In this document: positions 36,616-46,471 of the stretch, in pieces | Numbering within the stretch: position 1 is the stretch's first letter | How the letters are laid out: each line of letters begins with the position of its first letter | Origin: Hyphomonadaceae bacterium | GTDB lineage: Bacteria; Pseudomonadota; Alphaproteobacteria; Caulobacterales; Aquidulcibacteraceae | Reading direction: 5' to 3' | DNA length: 64,000 nt | NCBI GenBank assembly: GCA_050186805.1 | Contig: JBFWYC010000002.1 | Coordinates: forward strand, 65,492 to 129,491 | The notes under the pieces: generated by a model | What the model was told of the DNA's origin: nothing | The model's input: only the letters and a program-made list of their open reading frames with translations | The model's database searches: none | Position numbers and translations under genes: made by a program

Positions 36616-37398
36616 TCAGCCGACGCCGCCGCGCTGCTTCAGTTCCGCCAGCACCCGCCCGAGAAATTGCCAATGTCCGGCCTGCACCGGCATGTGCTGG
36701 GCGAGGTCGGGATCGGCGAGCGCGTCACGGTTCATCGCCCCCGCCGCCTTGAACAGCGCCGGATCGCCTTGCGTGAATTCATCGATCAGCGCTTTGGCGC
36801 GCCGGCCAATCTCCAGCGCTTGCGGCGAGGCGGGGTCGGCGCCTGGGCCCAGCGCATCGATGTCGGCGTAAATCTGCGCCCACGCCGCGCCGACGCGCTT
36901 TTGATCGTCCGCGGTAAACCCGCGTCCGCGGATCTCCTGCAATTGCTCCGGCGTATAGTGCTTCTGCGCCAACGCCTCCATTTTGTCGTTCCACTTGAAT
37001 TCGGTCATCGCCGTGCTCCTGACTAGCTTCGCAAGTTCGTCCGGAGAAAGGCGGCCTTTGTCGGCCAGTTTGGCGCGCGCCGCACGCACAAGCGCAAGCG
37101 CGCTTTCGGCTTCGCTCCTCGCATCTTCGAGCGCGACCTCTTGCAGCGCCAGCGCCGCGGCAAGATCGGCCCCGCCTTGCAACACTTCGCCGATGCGCTT
37201 GAGCGGCAAGCCGAGCTGCTTCAGCGCGAGGATTGCGCCAAGCCGCTCCAGTTCGGTCTGGCGATAGATGCGCCAGCCCGCCACCGTCCGCGCCGGCTTC
37301 AAAAGCCCCGCATCCTCATAGACCCGCAGCGCCTTGACGCTCACGCCGAAGCGCTTCGCCACGGCCGCCGCCGTCTCCTGGAACACATTGGGCTTCAT
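36616..37398 (-). CDS. MerR-family regulator with a TipAS-like C-terminal domain
   Basis: Start at MKPNVF after AAGGAAGG. HTH VAKRFGVSVKALRVYEDAGLL. C-terminal TipAS-like helices (W..KMEALAQKHYTPEQ...). Confidence 0.85.
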   Translation of the reverse strand: MKPNVFQETAAAVAKRFGVSVKALRVYEDAGLLKPARTVAGWRIYRQTELERLGAILALKQLGLPLKRIGEVLQGGADLAAALALQEVALEDARSEAESALALVRAARAKLADKGRLSPDELAKLVRSTAMTEFKWNDKMEALAQKHYTPEQLQEIRGRGFTADDQKRVGAAWAQIYADIDALGPGADPASPQALEIGRRAKALIDEFTQGDPALFKAAGAMNRDALADPDLAQHMPVQAGHWQFLGRVLAELKQRGGVG

Positions 37399-37516
37399 CA
37401 CGCCGCCTTCCTTGAACGGCGACGAGAACAATCCCGGCCCCAAGGGACGGCTCAAGCGCTTTTTTGCCGCGCTGCAGTTGTGGACGAGCCTGCGGCGCCC
37501 GTTCTGGTTTTCGATC

Positions 37517-37532
37517 CCGGTTTGCAACCCGG
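37517..37532. promoter_or_regulatory. Near-palindrome CCGGTTTGCAACCCGG in the MerR/caspase divergent intergenic region
   Basis: 16-bp dyad with one mismatched pair, centred on TTGCAA, 57 nt upstream of the start at 37589. Possible MerR operator. Confidence 0.25.
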
Positions 37533-37588
37533 CAAGCCCTGGCGCACATTCCCCCGACTCGGCAAACCGGCAGTGAGGGGGATGCACG

Positions 37589-39523
37589 ATGGCGGGACTT
37601 AAGCGGCTGTTGGCGGCTTTGGCGATGACGGCGTTGGCGGCGACGCCAAGCTACGCTCAATCGCGGGCGACATCGGTGTCGTTCGGGCGCGCAGTATCGG
37701 GTGAACTCAGGGCTGGCGATGCGACGCTGCGCTCGGGTGAATTCAGCGACGCCTACACCTTCCAAGGCCGCGCCGGCCAACGCGTCATCATTTCGCTGCA
37801 GTCGAACGCCTTCGACCCTTACATCATCCTGATTGGCCCAGGCGGCTTCCAACAGGACAATGACGACGATCCGAACGGCGGTCTCAATAGCCGCCTTGAC
37901 GTCACACTGCCGGCCGATGGCGAATATCGTATCGGCGCAACTTCGTTCGCGGCGGGCAGCACGGGCAGCTACACGCTCCTCGTGCAAGACGGCTCGGCCG
38001 CGCCGCAACAAGCGGCCAACCTCACCAATGATGGCGGCCGTGCGCTGGCGCCGGAGCAGTCGCAGAACGGCGCGCTGCAAGTCGGCGACGCGCAATTGCG
38101 CTCCGGCGAATTCGTCGATTCCTACCGCTTCCTCGGCTATCGCGGTCAGCGCGTCACCATCGACATGCAGTCGAGCCAGTTCGACACGTATCTGATCCTG
38201 ACCGCGCCGAACGGCGAGCAGCAGGACAACGACGATGTCTCCGAAGGCAACGTCAACTCACGTATCGAAGTGATCCTGCCCGAAGACGGCGAGTACGGCG
38301 TTCACGCCACGTCGTACCAACCGGGCGAAACCGGCGCCTACAGCCTTAACATCTCCATCGCCGACGATAGCGGCCGCGCCATCGCCGAAGCGCCCGAAGC
38401 AGGCGGCGGCCTGAGGCTCAATCGCACCACCAGCGGACGCTTGGAAAATGGCGATCAAACCCTGCGAAGCGGCGAATTCGCCGACACCTATACGTTCCGC
38501 GGCCAAGCCGGCCAGCGCATCTCCGTCGACATGAGCTCGTCGGAAATAGACTCCTATCTCATCGTCGTCTCGCCTTCGGGCGAACAGCAGGACAATGACG
38601 ACGCCGGCGCCGGCATCCGCGACTCGCGCGTGGATCTCACGCTGAGCGAAAGCGGCGACTATCGCATCGTCGCCACCTCGTATGCGCCGGGCGAAAGCGG
38701 CGGCTATTCGCTGCGCGTTTCAAGCGGCGGCGGCGGACCGGTTGTCGCCGCTCCGGTCCCGGCGCCATCGGGCGCGCCCGCCGCCGGCGGCCGCGCGCAA
38801 GTGCACGGCATTTTCGTCGGCATCTCCGACTATTCGGGCTACGCCAACAGCCTGCCCTATACCGCCGAAGATGCAGTCAATCTCGCCCAGACCTTGCGCC
38901 AGCAGGGCGTGCTCTCGTCTGACAGCGTTGTCCTCACCGACAACCAGGCGACCCGCGCCAACGTCCGCAACGCCTTCATGCGCATCGCCGCCAATGCCGG
39001 CCCGGACGATCTGTTCATCTTCTTCTTCTCCGGGCACGGCTCGCAAACCGACGATCAGACCGGCTCGCAGGAAGCGGATCGGCGCGAAGAATCCATCGTG
39101 CTGCGCGATGGCGAGGTCGGCGACGACGAAATGGCGCAATGGTTCGCCGCCGTACGCGCCCGCGTCGCCATCATCGCGCTCGACAGCTGCTTTTCCGGCG
39201 GCTTCGCACGCGATGTGGTCAACCGCCCTGGCGTGATGGGCCTGTTCTCGTCGGAAGAAGACCTGACCAGCCAGGTCGCCAGCAAATTTCAGGCGGGCGG
39301 ATACTTGTCGCACTTCCTGCGCACCGGCCTGGGGGGCGAAGCCGACTCCAACCGCAACGGCGTGATCACGGCGGGCGAACTCTCGACCTATCTCTGGCGC
39401 AAGTTCGCAACCGAAGTGGAAGACGTGGAAGCGACGACACGCGAAGAACAGCAGAGCTATCAGCGCCTGGTTGTCGATCGTGGCGGCGTGAAGATCGACG
39501 ACGCGCTGCTGCTGTTGCGCTGA
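37589..39523 (+). CDS. Secreted protein: three PPC-like beta-domains + caspase (peptidase C14) domain + EF-hand loop
   Basis: Signal peptide ending SYAQ. His/Cys dyad contexts FFFSGHGSQ and IALDSCFSGGF. Canonical EF-hand loop DSNRNGVITAGE. Confidence 0.85.
   Translation: MAGLKRLLAALAMTALAATPSYAQSRATSVSFGRAVSGELRAGDATLRSGEFSDAYTFQGRAGQRVIISLQSNAFDPYIILIGPGGFQQDNDDDPNGGLNSRLDVTLPADGEYRIGATSFAAGSTGSYTLLVQDGSAAPQQAANLTNDGGRALAPEQSQNGALQVGDAQLRSGEFVDSYRFLGYRGQRVTIDMQSSQFDTYLILTAPNGEQQDNDDVSEGNVNSRIEVILPEDGEYGVHATSYQPGETGAYSLNISIADDSGRAIAEAPEAGGGLRLNRTTSGRLENGDQTLRSGEFADTYTFRGQAGQRISVDMSSSEIDSYLIVVSPSGEQQDNDDAGAGIRDSRVDLTLSESGDYRIVATSYAPGESGGYSLRVSSGGGGPVVAAPVPAPSGAPAAGGRAQVHGIFVGISDYSGYANSLPYTAEDAVNLAQTLRQQGVLSSDSVVLTDNQATRANVRNAFMRIAANAGPDDLFIFFFSGHGSQTDDQTGSQEADRREESIVLRDGEVGDDEMAQWFAAVRARVAIIALDSCFSGGFARDVVNRPGVMGLFSSEEDLTSQVASKFQAGGYLSHFLRTGLGGEADSNRNGVITAGELSTYLWRKFATEVEDVEATTREEQQSYQRLVVDRGGVKIDDALLLLR
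37673..38719 (+). repeat. Three tandem in-frame domain repeats of about 104 aa (period about 122-124 aa) inside the caspase gene
   Basis: Recurrent G.L..GD..LRSGEF.D.Y.F.G..GQR..I.......D.Y......G..QDNDD........R......GEY....TS...G..G.Y.L pattern at aa 29-132, 153-256 and 275-377. Confidence 0.8.
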
Positions 39524-39557
39524 GTTTTCGACGCGCCGCCGGGATGCCGGCGGTGCG

Positions 39558-40451
39558 TCAATGCTCCGGCAAGGGAATGAATTCCTTGTCGTCGCCGGGC
39601 ACGGCGCCGAAGCGGCCGGCCTTCCAATCTTCCTTCGCTTGCTCGATGCGCTCCTTGCGCGACGACACGAAATTCCACCACAAATGCCGGGGGCCGAGAT
39701 TGGCGCCGCCCAGAGCCATGAAACGCGCCGGCGTGCGCGCCTCGATCGTGATGCGGTCGCCTGGGCGGAAGATCAGCAAGCGGCCGGCTGCGAACACGTC
39801 GCCCGCGATTTCAACTTCGCCCGCCGTCAAATAAATGGCGCGCTCCTCGTGGTCGGCGTCCAACGGCAACGACGCGCCGGCGTCGAGCCGCACATCGGCG
39901 TAGAACATGTCCGAATAGGTTTGCACTGGCGAGCGCTGGCCGTAGAGAGCGCCCGCGATCAGGCGCACCTGCTTGCCGCCCTCTGCGATGAACGGCAATT
40001 CGCTCTCGCCATGATGCTTGAAGAACGGCGCGCTTTCTTCCTGTCCTTCCGGCAACGCCACCCACGACTGAATGCCGCCGATGGGCGATCCCGTCGTGCG
40101 CAGCTCAGGCGCGGTGCGCTCCGAGTGCGCGATGCCGCGGCCCGCATTCATCCAATTGACGTCGCCCGGCTTGATCGCCTGCGCCGAGCCCAGGGTGTCG
40201 CGATGAAAAATCTCGCCGTCGAACAGATAGGTCACGGTCGCCAGACCGATGTGGGGATGCGGGCGCACGTCCAGCCCTTGCCCCGGCGCAAAACGACTTG
40301 GCCCGAACTCGTCCCAGAAAATGAATGGTCCCACCATACGCTTTTCGAGCGCCGGAAGCGCGCGGCGCACAAAGAAGCCATCGCCCAAATCGCGCGGCTT
40401 CGGCTCGATCGTGATCATGACATCGGCGGGGGTATCGTCGTTTGCGCTCAT
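39558..40451 (-). CDS. Pirin family protein
   Basis: Bicupin with RPHPHIGLATVTY and GIAHSE metal-site motifs, 297 aa. Confidence 0.9.
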   Translation of the reverse strand: MSANDDTPADVMITIEPKPRDLGDGFFVRRALPALEKRMVGPFIFWDEFGPSRFAPGQGLDVRPHPHIGLATVTYLFDGEIFHRDTLGSAQAIKPGDVNWMNAGRGIAHSERTAPELRTTGSPIGGIQSWVALPEGQEESAPFFKHHGESELPFIAEGGKQVRLIAGALYGQRSPVQTYSDMFYADVRLDAGASLPLDADHEERAIYLTAGEVEIAGDVFAAGRLLIFRPGDRITIEARTPARFMALGGANLGPRHLWWNFVSSRKERIEQAKEDWKAGRFGAVPGDDKEFIPLPEH

Positions 40452-40483
40452 GGCGCACTAGGTAGCGCCGCAGCGGGCGCGCG

Positions 40484-41221
40484 TCACCCTCCCGCGCGGC
40501 GCGACAGCCAGGTGGCGATGCTCCAGCAGAGCATCGCCCACGCCGCGCCGAGGCACCAGCCGGCGAGCACGTCGGTTGGCCAGTGCACGCCGAGATACAC
40601 CCGGCTCGCGCCGATCAGCAGCGTCAACAGAATTGCCGCGCTTAGAATATAGCCGCGCAAGCGCCGCCGCTCCTGCGTGCGCGCCACAAGCGCGCCGAGC
40701 GTCAGATACGTCACCGCGGAGAGCATGGCGTGGCCGCTGGGAAAACTCATGCTCGTCGTCTCGACGACATGCGCGACCAAGTCCGGCCGCGGCCGCGCGA
40801 AGCCGACTTTCAACCCTTCGCTGATCGCCGTGCCGCCCAGCGTCGCAACCAACAGCATCAGCGCATCGAGCCATTTTTTCTGCGCCGCGAGGTAGCCGAC
40901 CGCGAACAGCGTCACCAGCGCCAGCACGGCGAAGCCGCCGAGCGCGGTGATGTCCATAACCGACGTCTCGACCCAGTGCGGGCCAATCGGATCGGCGGGA
41001 TCGTTGGTGCGCAACGCCAACAGCAGGCGTTCGTCGAAGCCGCGCGTGTCGCCCTCGCCGACATCGTCGGCGATTTCCATGAACGCCAAGACAGGCAGCG
41101 CAATGCCCAGGAAAATCGCGATCGGCACGATTTCCCGCCGCGCCAAGGCAACCCACGCCGCAGGATCAAGTTTCATCATCGCCACCGCCCGGGAACAATC
41201 TCGGCGGTCGGCGGTTCCCAC
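40484..41221 (-). CDS. PAP2-family phosphatase (membrane)
   Basis: Motifs KxxxxxxRP (KVGFARPRP), PSGH (SFPSGHA) and SRxxxxxHxxxD (SRVYLGVHWPTD). The true start may be MMKLD at 41179. Confidence 0.85.
   Translation of the reverse strand: MGTADRRDCSRAVAMMKLDPAAWVALARREIVPIAIFLGIALPVLAFMEIADDVGEGDTRGFDERLLLALRTNDPADPIGPHWVETSVMDITALGGFAVLALVTLFAVGYLAAQKKWLDALMLLVATLGGTAISEGLKVGFARPRPDLVAHVVETTSMSFPSGHAMLSAVTYLTLGALVARTQERRRLRGYILSAAILLTLLIGASRVYLGVHWPTDVLAGWCLGAAWAMLCWSIATWLSRRAGG
41192..41216 (+). promoter_or_regulatory. EcfG-type promoter-like motif with symmetric ends
   Basis: GGAAC-N16-GGTT, read as GGGAAC-N17-GTTCCC, 56 nt upstream of the lipoprotein start at 41272. Confidence 0.35.
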
Positions 41222-41271
41222 ACTGCCCGCGGAACAGCAACGCGGGCTGGGCCAAGTTTTGGGAGGTCAGC

Positions 41272-41517
41272 ATGAAATTCATCTACGCGCTCGCCGCCGC
41301 GGCGGCGTTCGGTCTGGCTGCGTGCAGCCAAGCGGAAACCGATCAGGCCGAGCAAGATATGGAAAACGCCGCGGCCGAGACCGGACAAGCGCTGGAAAAC
41401 GCGGGCGATCAAATCGCCGCTGGCGCCAACGAGGCGGGTGAAGCGGTTGAAGGCGCGGTGAACGACGCGGCGACGGAAGTCGAACACGCCACCGACGACG
41501 ATCCCAAGACCAACTAA
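41272..41517 (+). CDS. Small acidic lipoprotein (paralogue 3)
   Basis: GGGAGG RBS and lipobox FGLAAC. The mature part is Ala/Glu/Asp-rich with an AGEAVEGA motif related to paralogues 1 and 2. Confidence 0.7.
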   Translation: MKFIYALAAAAAFGLAACSQAETDQAEQDMENAAAETGQALENAGDQIAAGANEAGEAVEGAVNDAATEVEHATDDDPKTN

Positions 41518-41523
41518 GGAGAA

Positions 41524-41550
41524 GGGAGCGCGGGCCAAACCCGCGCTCCC
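41524..41550. terminator. Bidirectional stem-loop terminator between the lipoprotein gene and clpB
   Basis: GGGAGCGCGGG-ccaaa-CCCGCGCTCCC with pyrimidine/T-containing flanks on both strands. Confidence 0.6.
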
Positions 41551-41560
41551 TCTTCGCGCC

Positions 41561-44158
41561 TTAGGCGGCTTTCTTGTCGCTGGCGCCGTTGAACAAGAAA
41601 TCGTTGCCATCGAAGGAGACGCGGATCGCGTCGCCATCCTTGATCGCGCCTTCGAGAATGAGCCGCGCCAGCGGATCCTGCACATCCTTCTGAATCACGC
41701 GCTTCAGCGGCCGCGCGCCCCACGCCGGATCGTAACCGCGCTTGGCCAATTCGGCCTTGGCGCGGGCGTCGAGGTCGAGGCGCATATTGCGCGCCGCCAG
41801 CAGACGCTCCAGCCGCTTCAGCTGAATGTCGACAATGCCGCCCATCTGCACGCGCTCGAGCCGCTTGAACAGAATGATCTCGTCGATCCGGTTCAGGAAT
41901 TCCGGCCGGAAGCGCAGCCGCACTTCGTCCATCACCAGCTTGCGCACGTCCTCGACATCGGCGCCTTCGGGCTGATCGGCGAGGAATTGCGCGCCCGCGT
42001 TCGACGTCATGATCAGAATGACGTTCTTGAAATCGACCGTCCGGCCCTGGCCGTCCGTGAGGCGGCCATCGTCCAGCACTTGCAAGAGGACGTTGAACAC
42101 GTCCGGATGCGCCTTCTCGATTTCGTCGAACAGCACGACCTGGTAGGGCCGCCGCCGGATCGCTTCGGTGAGCGCGCCGCCTTCTTCGTAGCCGACATAG
42201 CCCGGCGGGGCGCCGATCAGGCGCGCGACCGAATGCTTCTCCATATATTCCGACATGTCGATGCGGGTCAGCGCGTGCTCGTCATCGAATAGAAATTCGG
42301 CGAGCGCCTTCGTGAGCTCGGTCTTGCCGACGCCTGTTGGCCCCAGGAACATGAAAGAGCCGATCGGCCGGTTCGGGTCCTGCAAACCCGCGCGCGCACG
42401 GCGCACAGCGTCCGCAACAGCGCGCAGCGCCGGCTCCTGACCGATCACGCGCCCGCGCAGCTGATCTTCCATGGCCAGCAACTTGGCCTTCTCGCCTTCG
42501 AGCATTTTCTCGACCGGCACGCCGGTCCAACGCGACACCACGGCGGCGATGGCTTCGGAATCGACCACCTCCTGCACCAGCCCGACTTTGCCGTCGCCGG
42601 CGGATTTCTCAAGATCGGCGACTTGCTTTTCCACTTGCGGAATGCGGCCGTATTTCAACTCGGATGCGCGCGAAAGATCGCCGCGGCGCACCGCGCCGTC
42701 ATACTCGGTCTGCAGCCGGTCGAGTTCTTCCTTGGCCTTCGCCGCGGTTTGCAGCTTCTGCTTTTCGGCGCTCCAGGCAGCCGTCAGTTCGCCCGAGCGG
42801 GTCTCCAGACCCTTAATCTCGACTTCGAGCTTTTGCGTGCGGTCCTTGGAGGCGGGATCCTTTTCCTTCTTCAGCGCCTCAAGCTCGATCTTGAGCTGCA
42901 CCAGGCGGCGATCGAGTTCGTCCAATTCTTCGGGTTTGGAATCGACCGCCATGCGCAGCCGCGCCGCGGCTTCGTCGACCAGATCGATGGCTTTGTCCGG
43001 CAAGAAGCGGTCGGTGATGTAGCGATGGCTGAGCTGGGCGGCGGACACCAAGGCCGCATCGGAAATGCGCACGCCATGGTGCTGCTCGTAGCGATCCTTC
43101 AAGCCGCGCAGGATCGAGATGGTGTCCTCCACCGTCGGTTCCTCGACGAACACCGGCTGGAAGCGGCGCGCCAACGCGGCGTCCTTCTCCACGTGCTTGC
43201 GATACTCGTCCAACGTCGTGGCGCCGACGCAATGCAGTTCGCCGCGCGCCAGCGCCGGCTTCAGCAGGTTCGACGCATCCATGGCGCCATCCGCCTTGCC
43301 AGCGCCGACGAGCGTGTGCATTTCGTCGATGAACAGAATGATCGCGCCTTCGGCGGCGGTGACCTCGTTCAGCACCGCCTTGAGCCGCTCTTCGAACTCG
43401 CCACGGAATTTCGCGCCGGCGATCAGCGCGCCCATGTCGAGCGCCAACAGCTTCTTGTGCTTCAGGCTTTCCGGCACGTCGCCATTGACGATGCGCAGCG
43501 CCAGGCCCTCCGCGATGGCGGTTTTGCCGACGCCCGGCTCGCCGATCAGCACCGGATTGTTCTTGGTGCGCCGCGAGAGCACCTGGATAGTGCGGCGGAT
43601 TTCCTCGTCGCGGCCGATGACCGGATCTAGCTTGCCCTTACGCGCATCCTCGGTGAGATCGCGCGCGTACTTTTTCAGCGCTTCGTATTGATCCTCAGCG
43701 GAGGACGATTGGGCCGTGCGGCCCTTCCGCAGCTCGGCGATGGCGGCTTCCAGTTTTTGCGGCGCGAGACCGGCCTTCTTCAGAATGTCGGCGGCGGGAC
43801 CCGGCGAAATCGCCAGGCCAAACAGCAAGCGCTCAGCCGTCACGTAGCTATCACCGGCCTTTGTGGCCGCCTGTTCGGCCGCATCCAGCGCCCGCGCAAA
43901 TGAGCTTGCGGCATACATGCGATCATTGCCGCCATGCACCTTGGGCAGCGCCTGCACGGCTTTGTCCGCCTCTTCGGTGGCGAGACGCGCGTTGGCGCCG
44001 GCATTTGTGATCAAGCTGGCGGCGAGACCTTCGCGATCATCGAGCAGCGCCTTCAGCAGATGCTGGGTTTCCAGCTGCTGGTTCTGTTCGCGCAGTGCGA
44101 TGGTTTGAGCGGCCTGCACGAATCCGCGCGCGCGCTCGGTGAGCTTTTCCATATCCAT
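41561..44158 (-). CDS. clpB: ATP-dependent chaperone ClpB
   Basis: 865 aa. Two AAA+ modules ([20 protein letters not shown]), a middle coiled-coil domain and Clp-N repeats. Confidence 0.97.
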   Translation of the reverse strand: MDMEKLTERARGFVQAAQTIALREQNQQLETQHLLKALLDDREGLAASLITNAGANARLATEEADKAVQALPKVHGGNDRMYAASSFARALDAAEQAATKAGDSYVTAERLLFGLAISPGPAADILKKAGLAPQKLEAAIAELRKGRTAQSSSAEDQYEALKKYARDLTEDARKGKLDPVIGRDEEIRRTIQVLSRRTKNNPVLIGEPGVGKTAIAEGLALRIVNGDVPESLKHKKLLALDMGALIAGAKFRGEFEERLKAVLNEVTAAEGAIILFIDEMHTLVGAGKADGAMDASNLLKPALARGELHCVGATTLDEYRKHVEKDAALARRFQPVFVEEPTVEDTISILRGLKDRYEQHHGVRISDAALVSAAQLSHRYITDRFLPDKAIDLVDEAAARLRMAVDSKPEELDELDRRLVQLKIELEALKKEKDPASKDRTQKLEVEIKGLETRSGELTAAWSAEKQKLQTAAKAKEELDRLQTEYDGAVRRGDLSRASELKYGRIPQVEKQVADLEKSAGDGKVGLVQEVVDSEAIAAVVSRWTGVPVEKMLEGEKAKLLAMEDQLRGRVIGQEPALRAVADAVRRARAGLQDPNRPIGSFMFLGPTGVGKTELTKALAEFLFDDEHALTRIDMSEYMEKHSVARLIGAPPGYVGYEEGGALTEAIRRRPYQVVLFDEIEKAHPDVFNVLLQVLDDGRLTDGQGRTVDFKNVILIMTSNAGAQFLADQPEGADVEDVRKLVMDEVRLRFRPEFLNRIDEIILFKRLERVQMGGIVDIQLKRLERLLAARNMRLDLDARAKAELAKRGYDPAWGARPLKRVIQKDVQDPLARLILEGAIKDGDAIRVSFDGNDFLFNGASDKKAA

Positions 44159-44230
44159 GACCGACCTCTAAGAGCGTCCCGCGTTAACCCCCATCAGGCG
44201 GATCAACGTGGCATGAGTGTTGTGCCCATG

Positions 44231-44258
44231 ACTTAGTGTGGCGAATGGGGCACACAAG
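44231..44258 (-). promoter_or_regulatory. Possible sigma-32-type promoter for clpB
   Basis: On the minus strand, CTTG-N18-CTAAGT lies about 70 nt upstream of the clpB start. It only loosely matches the alphaproteobacterial CTTG-N17/18-CYTATNT consensus. Confidence 0.25.
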
Positions 44259-44275
44259 GGCCAATGGAGGTCTCA

Positions 44276-44746
44276 ATGTTCCGGCCTGCTCTTTTTCCGG
44301 CGATTGCTTGGGCATTGCTCGGATGCGCCGGCCCCACCGGCTTTCCAGAAGCCTCCTACGCCATCATCGAAGGTCGCCAGGCAGACCTTGTTTGCGAGGC
44401 GAGAGACGTCGCGGCGAATACCTGGACACCGGCCGAAGCGGACATTCGACGGATGGAGGCTTCGCTATTTCCGCTGTTGAGCCGAGAGCTTTTGCGCGAC
44501 CCAGAACACAATGGCGAAGCGGAACCCGAACACTACTACCGACTCTATTCCGGCATTGTTGTCGATGGGACGCGCATGATTTGCGTCCAGGGGACACATC
44601 GCTCGGTATATGAAAGCCAGTACGCTGTGAGGCGCGAGTGGCGCGATCCCGTAGTCATTCGTGACGGCGGCTCCGTTCAATTTCGCGTTCGCTACGACCC
44701 GGCAACGGACCGGTTCGAGGACTTTGCGTTTAACCACGTCGCCTAG
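44276..44746 (+). CDS. Hypothetical lipoprotein
   Basis: GGAGG 5 nt upstream of the ATG at 44276. Signal with lipobox LLGC. No other motif. Confidence 0.6.
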   Translation: MFRPALFPAIAWALLGCAGPTGFPEASYAIIEGRQADLVCEARDVAANTWTPAEADIRRMEASLFPLLSRELLRDPEHNGEAEPEHYYRLYSGIVVDGTRMICVQGTHRSVYESQYAVRREWRDPVVIRDGGSVQFRVRYDPATDRFEDFAFNHVA

Positions 44747-46224
44747 CCCCGCGCCACATAGCCGTATCGCAGATTGCTGGGCAGCGCTCCGCTCTGACGG
44801 TGCGCGGCCTTTTCCTGGCTGAGCCGATCGCCGCGCCACGCCTCGCGCTCCGCGTCGGTGATGGCGTAGAGGCGCGCATTGTTGTCGCCAAAGATGGCGC
44901 GCTTCACCGGACCATCCGCTTCACCCAAAGGCGCGAAACCGTGCGCGGCTCGCATGTCCTCCGGAATCTCCAGCCGGCGCAGGCCTTCGATCTGCCATTG
45001 CGGCGCGCCGGTCCAGACCGCATCGGTGCCCCAGCACACATGATCGGCGCCCAGGCCCTTCACCAGAATACCCATGATCGCCGCGCACACGCGCGGCTGC
45101 GAAATCAGCGTCTGTGCGAAAATCTGGCCGAGATCGCCGTACACATTGCTGACGCCATGCTGGGCGGGAATGTCGGCCAGATCGCTCACCCACTCGAGCC
45201 GGCCGCCGCGTTCGAACTCCGCCAGCGCCGCGGCCGGATCGGCCAATCTGTAGGCCGAGTGATAGATGATAAAGTTGAGCTGCGGCCAATCTCGCGCCGC
45301 CTTCGCCACATCACGCACGTCTGCGTAAGGCGCCAGCTGTGGGAAGCGCTCATCCAAAGCGGACGACCACAGCCCTTTATGGACGCAGACATTCTTCACG
45401 CCGGCGGCGACCATCAGTTCATAGCCGCGATAGGTCGTCGCCTCGTCGTCCATTCGCCACGGATAGCGCGCGGTTTCCTTGTGCGTGTTGTCGCCGACCG
45501 TGTAGCCCTTGACGCTATCGGGGCGAAGTTCGAGCGAGGCTTGCAGATGGTCGAGCCAGCCCGGCGCGCCGGGCGTGAAAATGGCGTGCGTCATCAGCCG
45601 CCGCGAACCGGCCGCGTCGTTCACGCGCGTGCGCGCCTGCGCCATCTGCTCGTTGGTGAGGAACCAATCTTCCGGAATGTCGGACGGGGCGGAGGAAATC
45701 AGCGCGATCTTGGTGTCGCTATCGAGGAAAATCTCGCGCCGGTAATTGTCGAATTTCAGGTGCTCGATGGTCTGCTCGCCGCCGAGATCGGGATTCCAGC
45801 CTTCGCGCCCAACGGCTTCGCGCATGCGCACGAAACCCAATAGACGCGTATCGTCGCGCAGAAAATGCGTGTGCATGTCCATGATGAACTGATCGGCCAG
45901 CGCCGCCGCGCGTTCGTTGGCCATCTCCGGCGTGCGCGCTTCGGCTTGGCTCGCGCTAAACAGCCCGCCATAGGTTTCGTTCAGCGCCACGAACGCAGCC
46001 GCCATGCCCGCGCTGCTGGCGAAGAAGCGCCGGCGCGACAGCCCTTGCCTCGGCGCGATGTCGTCGGCGAGCGCGTAGAGTCGCGCTTCCGCCTCGCGTT
46101 GCTGGGCGGTTTGAGGTGATGGCGCATACTCGTCGCTGGAGACAATCTGCGTCGGCAACGGCGTGCGCGGCAGCGTCTCGGCGCCGGCGAGGCGCGCTCT
46201 ATCCTCGTCGCTCAGAAGACCCAT
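44743..46224 (-). CDS. Tat-exported amidohydrolase-family (TIM-barrel metal hydrolase) protein
   Basis: SRRRFFASSAGMAAA twin-arginine signal. FIMDMHTHF metal-binding start and VCWGTD near the C-terminus. Confidence 0.78.
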   Translation of the reverse strand: MGLLSDEDRARLAGAETLPRTPLPTQIVSSDEYAPSPQTAQQREAEARLYALADDIAPRQGLSRRRFFASSAGMAAAFVALNETYGGLFSASQAEARTPEMANERAAALADQFIMDMHTHFLRDDTRLLGFVRMREAVGREGWNPDLGGEQTIEHLKFDNYRREIFLDSDTKIALISSAPSDIPEDWFLTNEQMAQARTRVNDAAGSRRLMTHAIFTPGAPGWLDHLQASLELRPDSVKGYTVGDNTHKETARYPWRMDDEATTYRGYELMVAAGVKNVCVHKGLWSSALDERFPQLAPYADVRDVAKAARDWPQLNFIIYHSAYRLADPAAALAEFERGGRLEWVSDLADIPAQHGVSNVYGDLGQIFAQTLISQPRVCAAIMGILVKGLGADHVCWGTDAVWTGAPQWQIEGLRRLEIPEDMRAAHGFAPLGEADGPVKRAIFGDNNARLYAITDAEREAWRGDRLSQEKAAHRQSGALPSNLRYGYVARG

Positions 46225-46296
46225 GATCGTCCTCCCTCAAGGACAATCTAGCGTGCGAACCCTGCGCGGCCAGATGCTTGCGATGGACGGGCGCGA

Positions 46297-46470
46297 TCAG
46301 CCGCCGAAGCCGAAATCGCTGAGATGCGTGCCGAAGAAAACCGCCGCCAGCACCAAGATAATGACGAGCCCCAGAACGATCCGCGTCACCACTTTCAACG
46401 CCACCCAAATGATGACGATCGCCAACACGACGCCAAGCACGCCGTCGAGCGCGGACCAGTTGATCTCCAC
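46297..46470 (-). CDS. Small hydrophobic membrane protein (57 aa), below the ORF-track size cutoff
   Basis: GTG start 1 nt after the usp stop codon. Translation VEINWSALDGVLGVVLAIVIIWVALKVVTRIVLGLVIILVLAAVFFGTHLSDFGFGG gives two TM helices. Confidence 0.35.
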   Translation of the reverse strand: MEINWSALDGVLGVVLAIVIIWVALKVVTRIVLGLVIILVLAAVFFGTHLSDFGFGG

Positions 46471-46471
46471 C

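Noticed and set aside
37589-39523. The caspase-like gene as part of a gasdermin or other cytoplasmic abortive-infection system.
   Set aside because: The protein has a clear N-terminal signal peptide. No gasdermin-like, NACHT/STAND or CRISPR-associated neighbour is present. The flanks are a MerR regulator and a pirin gene.
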